Part shown: positions 10,058 to 20,663 of the stretch, piece by piece
Numbering within the stretch: the first letter of the stretch is position 1
Layout: each line of letters begins with the position of its first letter
Origin: a virus
DNA: 64,000 nt
Strand: one strand, 5' to 3'
IMG/VR virus record: IMGVR_UViG_3300028591_000123
Location: 32,001-96,000 of that record
Notes under the pieces: generated by a model
Databases searched by the model: none
What the model was told of the DNA's origin: nothing
Seen by the model: only the letters and a program-made list of their open reading frames with translations
Position numbers and translations under genes: made by a program

Positions 10058-11128
10058 CTATTTTTCTCTCGTTATTATACATAGGGCTTTTTGATTTCCC
10101 GGGGTATGTTTTGCATAATAATCCTGAGCAGCGTACTTTCGATCCTGCAGGTGGCCGAAATAACCACCATCAGATTTCCTATTACCTAATGAATTAAGAA
10201 CCCTTACGAATTTTGTGTTTATATTAATCTTATCTAACATTTCATAATGGCCGAAGATTGAATAATTGCTTCCGTAGTTCACACCACTATCTTGATAACC
10301 AATGTGCCATATTATAGCCGTATTTGGCTTGTCAATAAGTTTTCCAATGTTTTTCAGTTTCTCTTCCGTTGTCTTTCCCATATCGCTATAATATTTCCAT
10401 TGTATCTTAAAAACAGCGCCATATGTCTTTCCGCACCACATTATTCCGGATTCGATTCCAGGATGTCCCGTGCCCGCAGATGTCGTACCCATTTTGCTTG
10501 CTAAGAGAGATTCCTTGATTGTTATATTCAAAAGCTTTTTCATAGCCTGTTGAACAGCATTTGGACCGCAATTATAACTGGTGTTCTGTCCTAATCCTGC
10601 TTCTGAAGTGGTGAGATGAGGTTTTGATACATATATTCCATTAAATGTTTCCGCTTTTTTTGTGCTTGCGGAAGCTTTCTTTTTCAAATCATTTGAATTA
10701 AACATACAATAATTCGGCAAAACATTGTTTGTCAGATAAAAATTCCCAATCTTAGCGACACAATAACTGAATAATTCATAATCAATCTTATACCCTTTAT
10801 GAGATATATAAGCCGGAACTCTTGAGTTTGTCTCGCAATAATCAATAAATCGCTTGATCATATCAAGATAATCGTTTTTCATGATTTTCAGATTACTGGT
10901 TGAAGAGGAAAAGCTTATATTATATCTGTTCATGTTCTTCAAGGTCACATCATTTTGTTTTATATTATATATGACTTTTGATATTAGGTATGTTATTGTG
11001 TAATTATTATATTGTTTGCTGTTGATTGTGGAAAAATTTGGCAAAGTTTTGTTTTTTTCAATAAACACCTTAATCTCTTGTGATTCCTTTAATAAGTCTT
11101 TTTTTAAAATTTTAACCAAAAATCGCAT
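10058..11128 (-). CDS. Pseudomurein endoisopeptidase-type lysin (pseudomurein-binding repeats + C39-like peptidase, PeiR-like)
   Basis: N-terminal repeats (KNDYLDMIKRFIDYCETNSRVPAYI; FIEKNKTLPNF); catalytic motifs QNTSYNCGPNA (Cys), GHYEM (His), VLNSLG. Confidence 0.85.
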   Translation of the reverse strand: MRFLVKILKKDLLKESQEIKVFIEKNKTLPNFSTINSKQYNNYTITYLISKVIYNIKQNDVTLKNMNRYNISFSSSTSNLKIMKNDYLDMIKRFIDYCETNSRVPAYISHKGYKIDYELFSYCVAKIGNFYLTNNVLPNYCMFNSNDLKKKASASTKKAETFNGIYVSKPHLTTSEAGLGQNTSYNCGPNAVQQAMKKLLNITIKESLLASKMGTTSAGTGHPGIESGIMWCGKTYGAVFKIQWKYYSDMGKTTEEKLKNIGKLIDKPNTAIIWHIGYQDSGVNYGSNYSIFGHYEMLDKININTKFVRVLNSLGNRKSDGGYFGHLQDRKYAAQDYYAKHTPGNQKALCIITREK

Positions 11129-11232
11129 CCTCCAAAAAAATTGTAATATTTCACTTATTTAAATTTTTTTCTGAAGAATTTTTTAAATGTTAATTCAAGT
11201 TATTTTTTATAAAAAAAAGAAAGGATAATATA

Positions 11233-11455
11233 TTATTTTCTTATCCTTATAATGAAGATAAACAAGATAGATGTTAATAGGAGAACGATTGGATATCCAG
11301 TTTTTTTATTTGTTTCTAATGAAACAATAGGGTTTTTTATTGTTTGCTCATTAGGTTTGTCTGTAATTGTGTTGTTTGTTATTGTATCATTCTCATATGA
11401 AGTATTGTTTTCTTCATGATGCGTATTGTTTTCTGTTATATTGTTATTATATGCG
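11233..11455 (-). pseudogene. Start-less fragment resembling the C-terminus of a methanogen adhesin-like protein
   Basis: Open frame WHAYNNNITENNTHHEENN...KKTGYPIVLLLTSILFIFIIRIRK* with N/T-rich linker, TGxP motif, TM helix and basic tail; a stop precedes it and no ATG is in frame. Confidence 0.45.
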
Positions 11456-11659
11456 TGCCATTAATCCTAATAATCCTGCGATGATAAAGTAGAATACTAT
11501 CACAAAACTCCACCAGACCCATCCGGTCAATCCTAATGCGGTTGCCAGGTAAGTTCCCAGGATAATCGTACAGATAAATGGCAGTACTGCCAGTACGAGA
11601 ATGAATAATATTATTCCCATGACTCCAATTCCAATTAATAATTCTTCAATCATAAGCAT
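11447..11659 (-). CDS. Small hydrophobic membrane protein
   Basis: 70 aa, almost entirely hydrophobic; GGAGG RBS. Confidence 0.65.
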   Translation of the reverse strand: MLMIEELLIGIGVMGIILFILVLAVLPFICTIILGTYLATALGLTGWVWWSFVIVFYFIIAGLLGLMARI

Positions 11660-11707
11660 CCTCCTTTTATTTCATATTTATTTTTTTAATATTTATTTTC
11701 ATATCCT

Positions 11708-12955
11708 TTATCCTACTCGCTCCCACATATAAACCGCTAAATATGGTGGCATGTTGTTATGCGCTTCTGACGCATTTTGCGCGGTATTGTCGTTTGATGT
11801 TTTGGTTGTGTTGTTTGCAGTTGCAGTTATGCTTGTACCATACGCAACAGCAGTTGAAGTTCCTGGCTTTCGGTTTGTAGTGTTGAGCTTGTAGGTTGTG
11901 TCTGAATGTGCATATGTATGATTGTGAGCAGGCACTCCACTTTGACTAGCGGTTAATTTTACTTCCGCACTACCACCAGTCGCACCATTCTCATATGTTG
12001 TTCCACTCGCCAACAGGAATGTGTCTCGTATTCTTTCCCATTCGCCATCGAAGTAATTGGAAGGGTTTACACTATTAGTTGTGATATGTACAGAGCCGAT
12101 AGGGTATATCTTGTCGAAGAAAGTGGCTTCATGGTACCATTGCTTATTGCTTAATGTTAATTCCACATTACTCGTTGTGTCGTTTCTAAGTACCAATTTT
12201 CCATCAAAATCATCGTCAATAGTGGTATTATCAATTATTAGTTTGTCTTCTGTTACTTTGACATTGTGAGTTCCAACTGATAATGAATGTTTATACTGAA
12301 ATTCGAATGCATCACTATATAATGAAAGTGCATCTGTTGCTACTACGACATTGAATTGATAATATTCATTTGTATTGCAAGAGAATGTGAATTTGATTCC
12401 GTCATTTTCTGCGAAACTTATTGAGTTTCCTTTATTTGTTATTGTCGCTGTGTATTGTAGATCATTTGTGATAAGTTTTGCTGGTGTGAAGCTTGTTGTT
12501 ATGAGGTTTTTATTTGTTGGAGTGATTGTTCCTTTGTCTATTTCAGGTTTTGTGTAGAACCATTGATTCCCAAGTGTGCGAAGTTTATAGTACAAATTCG
12601 TTTTTTCATAATGAACATTCCAAGTTTTCAATAATGTAGCTTCTGAAAGAGGAGTGGTAAATCTTGCTGAACTAGTACCTGTTTGAATATAGAATAATGA
12701 TATTGTTTTTATATCCGTATCTAATAGTTTTTGTGTGATTTGAATAGTCCCGTTGGTGCTTGTTGATGTCGCAGTTGCTAACCTTTTATCATCATTGAAT
12801 GAATTGCTATATGTTTTGTTTCCATCTGTTTCTTCGTTGTAATTAATCCACCATATCGCCAGTTTATATTCAGGCTCGGAAGAAGCATCATATGTCAAAG
12901 TGATTTCATCGCCAAGAATTCCATTCAAAGGTGTCAGGTCATAAGTTACTGTCAT
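11708..12955 (-). CDS. Tail fibre/receptor-binding protein with gp10-like/collar-type C-terminus
   Basis: IYPIGSVHITTNSVNPSNYFDGEWERI...GATGGSAEVKLT...PAHNH...HNNMPPYLAVYMWER, a common phage fibre-tip module. Confidence 0.75.
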   Translation of the reverse strand: MTVTYDLTPLNGILGDEITLTYDASSEPEYKLAIWWINYNEETDGNKTYSNSFNDDKRLATATSTSTNGTIQITQKLLDTDIKTISLFYIQTGTSSARFTTPLSEATLLKTWNVHYEKTNLYYKLRTLGNQWFYTKPEIDKGTITPTNKNLITTSFTPAKLITNDLQYTATITNKGNSISFAENDGIKFTFSCNTNEYYQFNVVVATDALSLYSDAFEFQYKHSLSVGTHNVKVTEDKLIIDNTTIDDDFDGKLVLRNDTTSNVELTLSNKQWYHEATFFDKIYPIGSVHITTNSVNPSNYFDGEWERIRDTFLLASGTTYENGATGGSAEVKLTASQSGVPAHNHTYAHSDTTYKLNTTNRKPGTSTAVAYGTSITATANNTTKTSNDNTAQNASEAHNNMPPYLAVYMWERVG

Positions 12956-13872
12956 AATCGTTCCTCCCCATATTTTATAAGTTCATCTATTGTCGCTTCG
13001 GTTATGATTCGTGTGCAAGTTTTCACTCTGAAACTTGATATTGTTCCAACACTTGTTCTTATTTCTATTATATTTTTAGTAATTTCAGAATTGTCTGTGC
13101 TAATAAATTCATGATTGTTAACTGTAATTGTTAAATCATTAGTTAACTTGTCTTGCTTTATCTTGACAGTATTTTCAGAGGTCATATTCAATGCTGTATT
13201 GAATTCATCACCACTTTGTGTTTGAATTTGAATTTCTTGATTTAAATATTGTACGAAAACACCGCCAACAGCGGGGTCTCCTATCTCTATACTTCCTTGA
13301 CAATCATTATCCTCTATGTTAGGATTGATTGTGAATATTATGTCAAAATCATAATCTTCAAAAGAAATGTCGAATATGTTTTTATTTTCATCGACGAGGG
13401 GAATCAGAGTCTTATAATCACAGAAGCTGTCATTATTAATTATACCATTGCTGGTGATGAAGCCACTATCATTATTCAAATCACTCGTATTTGAAGGAAT
13501 GCTTGGCTTATTAGTCAAGTTATTATAATCCCCATCAAAAAATGTTGGGAAGTCTGTTATTTGTGACTTGGTATGAGTGTGACTTGCTTCTGCATACAAA
13601 CTGCTCTTGGGGTGTCTGTGGTCGCTTCTCGCCCAGGTCGTGCCGGTGCCGACACTACCATTGGTTGTATCGGCGGATGGAGTTGCTGAAGAAGCGCTTG
13701 GAACACTTGAGCTTGTGATGAATCCACTATTATTGTTTAATTCACTTGTAGCGGATGGAATGCTTTCTCTTATATCCTGATGAGCATTACTGTTGCTGTT
13801 ATGGGAAGAGATGAGATTGTTTATTTTATTGATTATCGCATTTGCCACATTGGTTACACCTTGGCTGGGCAT
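12952..13872 (-). CDS. Tail fibre-like protein
   Basis: TSELNNNSGFIT/TSDLNNDSGFIT repeats, ARSDHRHP, HTHTKSQITDFP and FDGDYNNLTNKP fibre motifs. Confidence 0.7.
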   Translation of the reverse strand: MPSQGVTNVANAIINKINNLISSHNSNSNAHQDIRESIPSATSELNNNSGFITSSSVPSASSATPSADTTNGSVGTGTTWARSDHRHPKSSLYAEASHTHTKSQITDFPTFFDGDYNNLTNKPSIPSNTSDLNNDSGFITSNGIINNDSFCDYKTLIPLVDENKNIFDISFEDYDFDIIFTINPNIEDNDCQGSIEIGDPAVGGVFVQYLNQEIQIQTQSGDEFNTALNMTSENTVKIKQDKLTNDLTITVNNHEFISTDNSEITKNIIEIRTSVGTISSFRVKTCTRIITEATIDELIKYGEERL

Positions 13873-13890
13873 GTTTCTTCACCATCCTGT

Positions 13891-15072
13891 TTAATTTGTT
13901 AATGCGGTTGTTATCGCATCAAGATAATCTTCTATCTCGTCATCAACATCGCTGATTGCAAGGTCGGATTTATTATTCCAGGAACTGATATTCGCGCTTG
14001 TTATTCCCTTGGCGGCGCTGCTGTTCCAGTTATCCGCATAACCAAGGCTGGTTTGAACCCCGGAGACAAGCATTGACTTTGAGATAGCTCCGCTTGAAAT
14101 ACTGAACTGGTTGCCGGTTAATGTTAATCCTGATCCGGCCGTATAAGTATCTATCAAATCACTTACTAATACGTATAAGTGTTCGTCCGTGCCGCTTGAG
14201 TCCTTTGTATTGATTACGAAATCAAGGTACTTGTCTCCGACCTCATAACCGGTTACGGGAGTGTCTGCCGTGGATACTGTTCCCACGGTCGCGGATTTGA
14301 CCAAGTAATCCTTTGGAATGTTGATGGATGCTCCGACTTTTGCTCCGTTCTGTTTCACATGATAGGTTGCGATGTATCCGGATTCGGCGGTGGCTTGTTT
14401 TTCAACGGTCACGGTTTTGCTGTCAAGACTCTGATGAGTGGTCAGGAAACCGCTGTCATTGGTCAGTTCGCTGGTCTTCGTTGGGATATCATCTGTATCG
14501 GCTTTAGCATCCAGAGCTTCCTTGATAACCTTGTTCTGAACCGGATTAGTTGAGATTCCGGAGAGAGCCGTGTCTATGGTTACCTGATTGGCATTGGCGC
14601 TGATGCTGTCCAGTTTAGATTTATCGGTTGGACTCATTAAACCGGCTGCCGTAGCAGACGCGGTAGTGGATGGGATTGTGATTGTCCTGTCGGTCATTCC
14701 TGTTACATGACCCTGATTATCATTTATAATTTGTGAAACAGTTACGCTGTCTCCAAACGTGGGAGTCTGATTCGCGGCAGGCTTCCCGGTTCTTGCGGTC
14801 TGTGAGGGGTGAACATACTTGTTCGCCTCGGCTTCGATATTATCCAGTTTCGTCTTGTCAGAAGAACTCATCAAACCGGCGGCGGTGGTTGTGGCGGTGG
14901 TCCATAATCCGCTGATGTAATCCTTGACCGCCTTGACGGTTGGATAGCTGGTGGTGTCGCTGCTGAAGTCACCGGATATGTCGGTCTTCTTATTGCTTTG
15001 CTTGTTTTCAAATTTACTGTTCAATGCATTCACGAACGCATTGATCTTACTAGTATCAACCATAAGTATCAA
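13891..15072 (-). CDS. Tail fibre-like protein
   Basis: Repeated TAAGLMSxxDKxKLDxI, KTSELTNDSGFLT and YTAGSGL fibre motifs. Confidence 0.7.
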   Translation of the reverse strand: MILMVDTSKINAFVNALNSKFENKQSNKKTDISGDFSSDTTSYPTVKAVKDYISGLWTTATTTAAGLMSSSDKTKLDNIEAEANKYVHPSQTARTGKPAANQTPTFGDSVTVSQIINDNQGHVTGMTDRTITIPSTTASATAAGLMSPTDKSKLDSISANANQVTIDTALSGISTNPVQNKVIKEALDAKADTDDIPTKTSELTNDSGFLTTHQSLDSKTVTVEKQATAESGYIATYHVKQNGAKVGASINIPKDYLVKSATVGTVSTADTPVTGYEVGDKYLDFVINTKDSSGTDEHLYVLVSDLIDTYTAGSGLTLTGNQFSISSGAISKSMLVSGVQTSLGYADNWNSSAAKGITSANISSWNNKSDLAISDVDDEIEDYLDAITTALTN

Positions 15073-15098
15073 AATCTCCTATTATATAAAAATTATCA

Positions 15099-16394
15099 TC
15101 ATAAACTGTTAATCTCCGTGGCTAGGTTGTAAAGCATCATATCTATATCTGAATCTATCAAGTTGGCCACGGCCTTGTTGGATGGGTACATTATATCGCT
15201 TGTGACATCAAAGGAAGTGTCGCTTGTCTGCTTGTTTTCCAGTAATTCGGCTCCGGCCGGAGTAGTCCCTGATCCGCTCCCGGAGTGGGTCGCGACATAA
15301 TTGACGACAGCCTGGCTTGTCGGAATCTTATTCGGCGTGTTTGTGACGGTGTTGGTCACAACCGGATCAGCCATCCATGATCCTATCGTATTTGATGATA
15401 CATTCAAGTACCTCGTGTATGCCTTATCACCTATTATGATTCTCTGCATCACATATGAAACCCCATTCAAGATGGTTGAGTGAACGTCCATAGGGGCTTT
15501 TGTGATGTTTTCAATCGTGGATGAGGCTCCGTTTTCAGATGTCTTATATGTGATTGAGAAGCCGTTTCCGTTCTGGTTCACTACATTATAATAATCTGGA
15601 TTTATAGTTGTGTCCATGTCAAGGTAGTCAATCTCAACCCGTTCCTTGTTTTGTGATGTATCCTCCAGTAAATCTATTCTGCTGTCGCCTGTTGTAGTGT
15701 TGGATCCCCAGATTTCTCTTTTCAAAGTTGTCATGTCGGCTTCGACATCGCTTAAATCGTTTTGGATGGAAAGGTTCTCATCAGTAAGGGTTTGAATGCT
15801 GTTTGTGATTTCTGATGTATCTATGCCGCCTGATGATATTCTATTGCTTAACTCATCATAGGATTGTTTCAAATCGGCTCTGAGCTGCAGGAACTCGCTG
15901 AGATCCACAAAGTTGCTGTTATCGAAGGCTATGCCGGTATCCCCTATCTTGACCAGTTCCTTGTCATCTCCGGATCCGGCCAGGATATATTCATCATACT
16001 TGTTCTCATTCTGGATGAGATAGACTATGTTTGTCTCAAGGTTGTCGATATCGTTTTCCAATGACCCGAAGGTTGAGTAGTTTGTGTTGGTTGTGAATCC
16101 TGTGAGGTATTGAAGCTTGTTGTAGTTTTCCTTTGATAATATGACGGCATATGTTTTTCTTATCTCCCCATTTGGGATATTGATGTTGTTGATCTTATTG
16201 TCCAGGACATCATCATCTGATATGTACTGATTGACTTCCGTGATTTCAAGCACGAAATCTCCAATCTGAAGATCTTCCTGAATGTTCTCTTCAAGGCTTT
16301 CGTATAATGCTGAGGTGACGGTTGTTGTTTTTATATCAACTACTCGCCAGATGTTTTCATCGCTGATTCTTGTTCGTCCATTGTAGATTGGCAT
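15099..16394 (-). CDS. Tail fibre-associated coiled-coil protein
   Basis: 431 aa within the fibre cluster; heptad segment aa ~165-230; YPSNKAV motif shared with 16417..18381 (YPSNKIL). Confidence 0.55.
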   Translation of the reverse strand: MPIYNGRTRISDENIWRVVDIKTTTVTSALYESLEENIQEDLQIGDFVLEITEVNQYISDDDVLDNKINNINIPNGEIRKTYAVILSKENYNKLQYLTGFTTNTNYSTFGSLENDIDNLETNIVYLIQNENKYDEYILAGSGDDKELVKIGDTGIAFDNSNFVDLSEFLQLRADLKQSYDELSNRISSGGIDTSEITNSIQTLTDENLSIQNDLSDVEADMTTLKREIWGSNTTTGDSRIDLLEDTSQNKERVEIDYLDMDTTINPDYYNVVNQNGNGFSITYKTSENGASSTIENITKAPMDVHSTILNGVSYVMQRIIIGDKAYTRYLNVSSNTIGSWMADPVVTNTVTNTPNKIPTSQAVVNYVATHSGSGSGTTPAGAELLENKQTSDTSFDVTSDIMYPSNKAVANLIDSDIDMMLYNLATEINSL

Positions 16395-16416
16395 TTATTG
16401 ATTCCTCCTGTTTCCC

Positions 16417-18381
16417 TTATCCTATCCATAACCAATAACCGCTGATGTTCACGGCGGAGTTTGTGTCGTTTATGCAACAAATTCGAAAGCTGCCTGCTTT
16501 ATTGTCATCTAAACGAGCTGTTCTGTGTATGGTATTATTATTGCAGGTAATATAAACATGACCCTTTCTGTCCTTGGGGATTCCGCTTTTAACATCATAA
16601 TATTTAGAATCTTTCGCACCAACCTTCTGTGAGAAGGATCCCATATATATGGAGAAGTTTCTCACATTTCCTAATCCAATCTGTGATTTAGTGACTGTAT
16701 GTGGATTGCTCTTGTTGTTAATATGGTTATTGACTTTGGTATTTAATGATGAATTAGAACTGCTTAAACTGTTTGTGGTGCTTGTTAAATTATCTATCGC
16801 ACTTTGTATCTCACCGAGGCTCTCGTTAATGCTTGAGATTTGGGAGTTAATACTGGTTATATTATACTCATCATCAGAGATTTGTCTGATGATTTGTTCT
16901 ATCGTCATTGAAGTTGCGTGGGTTACCGTTTGACCACCATTCAGCTTCTTTATCTTTGAATTGACATCATCTATCAATGTCTGCAATTCATCAAGTGACT
17001 CGGTCAGGATCTTATTTGATGGATATTTGTCGATGCTGTTGTTGTTTTCGTTGAATGATGCCAATGTTGTTTCCTTATTGGTTTTCTCTTCAAAAGTGGT
17101 TTGGAGATTGTTATATGGGATTAATCCAGTATCATTTTTTCCCTTGATGTAGTATAGGTTTGTGAATTCCTGCCATTCTCTATCATTGACGGCGAATTGT
17201 AATTTTGGATTGTCGCTTTCCTGTGTTTCCGGATCGACTCTGAATTTAAATCTTAACCCTGATGTTGTATATATCTTTGTCGGGTCGGCGTAATCATCAA
17301 ACGTGTTTATATCATCTCTTATTATGTAAACATAATGCCAGTTGTCTTTTAATTCGGCATCCAGGTTATCATATTCCTCTTGTGTTATAAGTATGAATTG
17401 AAGCCCGTTCACCATATCGGCGGAGAAGAATGTATTAGTATTGTATTGTGACTCTGAAACCCTTGATTCTAGGATGTATTTTCTATGATAACTTGTCTCC
17501 TCATCTTCCTCAATCTTCTTATATACTTCTATGTAGTCTTCGTTTGGAGTGCCGTCATCATTGACAGGTTGGGCATCCAGGAGATAATCCTCATCGATAT
17601 AGCGTGAGTTGAGAGTGAACAGGCAATATTCTGATGTTTCGTTGGTTTCCTCATCCAATAGTTCACATGAGATGTCGGGAACATTCGCAACAAACAAGCA
17701 TGTTCCATTATAATCCTGATACAATTCTACAACTTCTCCTTCTTCATCCGTGATGTTGGGATCATATATGACAGGAATCTTGTTGTAATAATGCACAAGG
17801 TTATTATTGACATCAACAGCCTCCACGGAATGATTGTTCAGGATTCTTTGAAGCTCGAGGGCATCCTCTGGATCTAATGCATTTGCCCATCTTGATTCTT
17901 CCTTGTTCACAAACACTTCATACTCATTCATGAATTCCCCAAAATTATACTCGCTCTCCTCGGCATGTCTTCCAAGAAGCTCCAATGCGTAATGAACATC
18001 ATTGATGTTTGTCAGGACGCTGTCGTTTGATATGGAATCATCCTTATACACATCGAATATGGAGCATTCCATATCAGACAATTTAACATCCACATCCCTG
18101 AGGAACTGACTGTTGATTGTCTTGTAATTGTTGATCTGAGTGCTTCCGATATACATTCCTGACTGCAGCACATTGAGATAGTAATCATCTTTTGTGATGA
18201 AATCGCTGGCATGATGTCCGTCCAGCATGTCGGCATCTATCTTTGAACCTTCCCCACCATATGCTATGATGAGGTCTAGGACGTACTGATACTGTTTTGT
18301 CAGGTTCTCCCTTGACAAGGCTTCGCCTATGTAATATTTCTGATTATCATTGTTCATGATGTTTATTTCTTCATTGCTCAT
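16417..18381 (-). CDS. Tail fibre protein
   Basis: IDADMLDGHHASDF, coiled coil, and NHINNKSNPHTVTKSQIGLGNV fibre motif. Confidence 0.7.
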   Translation of the reverse strand: MSNEEINIMNNDNQKYYIGEALSRENLTKQYQYVLDLIIAYGGEGSKIDADMLDGHHASDFITKDDYYLNVLQSGMYIGSTQINNYKTINSQFLRDVDVKLSDMECSIFDVYKDDSISNDSVLTNINDVHYALELLGRHAEESEYNFGEFMNEYEVFVNKEESRWANALDPEDALELQRILNNHSVEAVDVNNNLVHYYNKIPVIYDPNITDEEGEVVELYQDYNGTCLFVANVPDISCELLDEETNETSEYCLFTLNSRYIDEDYLLDAQPVNDDGTPNEDYIEVYKKIEEDEETSYHRKYILESRVSESQYNTNTFFSADMVNGLQFILITQEEYDNLDAELKDNWHYVYIIRDDINTFDDYADPTKIYTTSGLRFKFRVDPETQESDNPKLQFAVNDREWQEFTNLYYIKGKNDTGLIPYNNLQTTFEEKTNKETTLASFNENNNSIDKYPSNKILTESLDELQTLIDDVNSKIKKLNGGQTVTHATSMTIEQIIRQISDDEYNITSINSQISSINESLGEIQSAIDNLTSTTNSLSSSNSSLNTKVNNHINNKSNPHTVTKSQIGLGNVRNFSIYMGSFSQKVGAKDSKYYDVKSGIPKDRKGHVYITCNNNTIHRTARLDDNKAGSFRICCINDTNSAVNISGYWLWIG

Positions 18382-18974
18382 TCTTCACCCTCTATTTTGG
18401 CTTTGAGTTTCATGTTTTCATCCTGTAGATCATTGATTTGAGTTTGAAGTCCGTCGATTGTTTCGTTGATGTTGTTTCCGTTGATGTTGACATTGGCAGA
18501 GTTCAGGTTGATGCTTTCCTCTGTTAATGATACATTTGTGCTTTCGTTTTTTAGGATGATGTTTTTGTAATCATTTGATGATAGATTGTTCTGGATTGTG
18601 ATGGTCCCTTCTTTTACTGATGTCGGGCTTTGTTTCAGGTTCTCGATCCTTTGGATGTCGTATTTTTTCTCCTTCTTGTTTACCGCGACATCGCATGTCA
18701 GTTTTTGCTTTGGATATAGAAACTTGTCCGTCTCCTTTCCCTCAGGCAGGACTCCATCGTATCCGCTGTATGTGCATGGATGAACCTGTCCATTGATCTC
18801 AACATACCATCCTTTTCCAAACAGCTTGCTCTTGTCTATCTTCTTCAATGTTCCCGTTTTTTCCTTTGTATCCTCATCCTGGTCGAAATGTCCTTTCTTA
18901 GTTTTTGTTCCGGCGAATTCCTGAAACCTGTCTCGGAATCTCTTATTTGTAGGACGATATGAACTTCTTACCAT
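18378..18974 (-). CDS. Baseplate spike-like (gpV/gp45) protein
   Basis: 198 aa after the hub genes; OB-like N-terminus followed by short beta-repeat-like and coiled C-terminus. Mainly synteny. Confidence 0.45.
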   Translation of the reverse strand: MVRSSYRPTNKRFRDRFQEFAGTKTKKGHFDQDEDTKEKTGTLKKIDKSKLFGKGWYVEINGQVHPCTYSGYDGVLPEGKETDKFLYPKQKLTCDVAVNKKEKKYDIQRIENLKQSPTSVKEGTITIQNNLSSNDYKNIILKNESTNVSLTEESINLNSANVNINGNNINETIDGLQTQINDLQDENMKLKAKIEGEE

Positions 18975-19028
18975 TTAAACAACCTCTTATGTTTTAATTT
19001 TTCCCTAAATTTTTTATTTAAATATTAA

Positions 19029-20663
19029 TTATGAGTGGTTTCCATACCAAGGGTTCTGATAACCAGGGTATGAACTAGGGTTGTTCATGTCTGACGGAGG
19101 AGCTCTTGATACATGGTAGTGTCCCGCTTTCATCGCTGATGTCGGGGTCAAGCCGCTCGGCATTTCGCTCTGTTCGGGTGGGAATATCCATTCTCCCCCC
19201 TGTTTCACTTGTATGACATGGTGAGTTCCACTCACACCGCTTCCGGCTCCGACAACATCCCTTGCCGGGACGTTGCATTTGAAGTTAAGAACATAATACA
19301 GCCATGCCGTAGATGAGTAGCAATCCCATTGTTTCCTGGACGTGTTTTCTCCGAAAACCTTATAAGCTTCGGCGGGATCATGGGGGTTGCTCATTGAATA
19401 ATTATGGGACCATACTGAGTTTTTCGCGATATCCCAATACTTGTTCCAGCAATCGCTGCCGACATTCCCTGAGCTGCTTTCAGGGGAGTATCCGCCTGTC
19501 CCAGTCTCCGGGACCTCCGGGTTGTCAGGGCTTTCCGGGGAGAACTCAAGCTCCAGGTCAACCTGTATGGGGCCTTCATCCCATTCAACTCCGACTCCTT
19601 TAACGAAATAGAATTCCTGATTCTTTCCGGTGTTATGAAGCATGTGAGGATTGTCCAAGGTTACTATGTCTCCCACATCTATGTCTCCATCATGAAGAAG
19701 AGACACTCCCATTGTCATTGAAAATTCTCTGACATGGGCGGCGAGGTATGTCTTGGCTTTCCTTATGGCCTGTGTCTTGCTGAGCTTTGGCTCTTTATAT
19801 GTGATGGGGTGTTCTCCATATACGGCGACAAGGTCATTGTATTGCTCCTTGACAACCCCGTTTGAGTATTTGACATATACTGTGTTATAGAATCCAAACT
19901 GGTTCACATCAACCTCGTATGAGCCGTCTTCTATCTGCCATAGTTTAATGTCTTCGCTTGATGAAACCTTTTTCTTGTCTCTTATCTCCTGGGCTTCATT
20001 ATAGATTGATTCAAAATCGGTAACAACGACCATGTTTCTCTTGCATAAGAAGAGAATATCCAATCCGTTGCAGATATCTCCTATTATGTCCTGAAAGGTT
20101 CTTTCACCACTCAGCATTGGATTCATCAGGGCGGAATCGCCTTGCTGGGTTTCGTAATCGGATGATGAACCATTGGTCTGTCCACCCAGTACAGAGAGAA
20201 GGTTCTGAGCTAATTCGTCAAATGATGATCCGCAGGCATAGTCGCATTCGGGGTATTTCTGCATGACCTCGGCTGTTGTCATTCCGATGAGTTCGGCTAC
20301 GTATGAACGAGGAGCCACACCATCCGCAACCCAGTTGAGCTTCGCCGTTGTCGCTCCGCTGCATGTGCATGTGTTTGTTTCTATCCATCCTTGAAGGGCG
20401 AAGTAACAATGTGAGACATGGTAGTATCCTTTGCTGATTCCATCATGGAAATCCTTATATGTTTGCAGGTCAGCACCGTTCACTAGCATCACAGCTACTT
20501 TTCCTGAAGTGCTTGATGACAGGCAGGTATTCTGCAAGGGACTTGGTCCAACCGGTACTGTTTTAACCGTGTGTCCGGCATCTCTTAAAACCTTGGCCAT
20601 TTTCTGCAATGTAACCCTGTCTTCGGATATGTTGTTGCTGTCGCACCCCATTATGATATCCAT
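19029..20663 (-). CDS. Baseplate hub C-half paralogue 3 with C-terminal Cys/His hydrolase-like domain
   Basis: Central region paralogous to 20664..21983 and 23248..24678 (DGSYEVDVNQFGFYNTVYVKY...LSKTQAIRKAKTYL); C-terminal DCYSSTAWL...HHVI. Confidence 0.6.
   Translation of the reverse strand: MDIIMGCDSNNISEDRVTLQKMAKVLRDAGHTVKTVPVGPSPLQNTCLSSSTSGKVAVMLVNGADLQTYKDFHDGISKGYYHVSHCYFALQGWIETNTCTCSGATTAKLNWVADGVAPRSYVAELIGMTTAEVMQKYPECDYACGSSFDELAQNLLSVLGGQTNGSSSDYETQQGDSALMNPMLSGERTFQDIIGDICNGLDILFLCKRNMVVVTDFESIYNEAQEIRDKKKVSSSEDIKLWQIEDGSYEVDVNQFGFYNTVYVKYSNGVVKEQYNDLVAVYGEHPITYKEPKLSKTQAIRKAKTYLAAHVREFSMTMGVSLLHDGDIDVGDIVTLDNPHMLHNTGKNQEFYFVKGVGVEWDEGPIQVDLELEFSPESPDNPEVPETGTGGYSPESSSGNVGSDCWNKYWDIAKNSVWSHNYSMSNPHDPAEAYKVFGENTSRKQWDCYSSTAWLYYVLNFKCNVPARDVVGAGSGVSGTHHVIQVKQGGEWIFPPEQSEMPSGLTPTSAMKAGHYHVSRAPPSDMNNPSSYPGYQNPWYGNHS

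Noticed and set aside
11708-18381. Diversity-generating retroelement targeting tail fibres
   Set aside because: No reverse transcriptase and no VR/TR pair with adenine-specific differences seen in the window.
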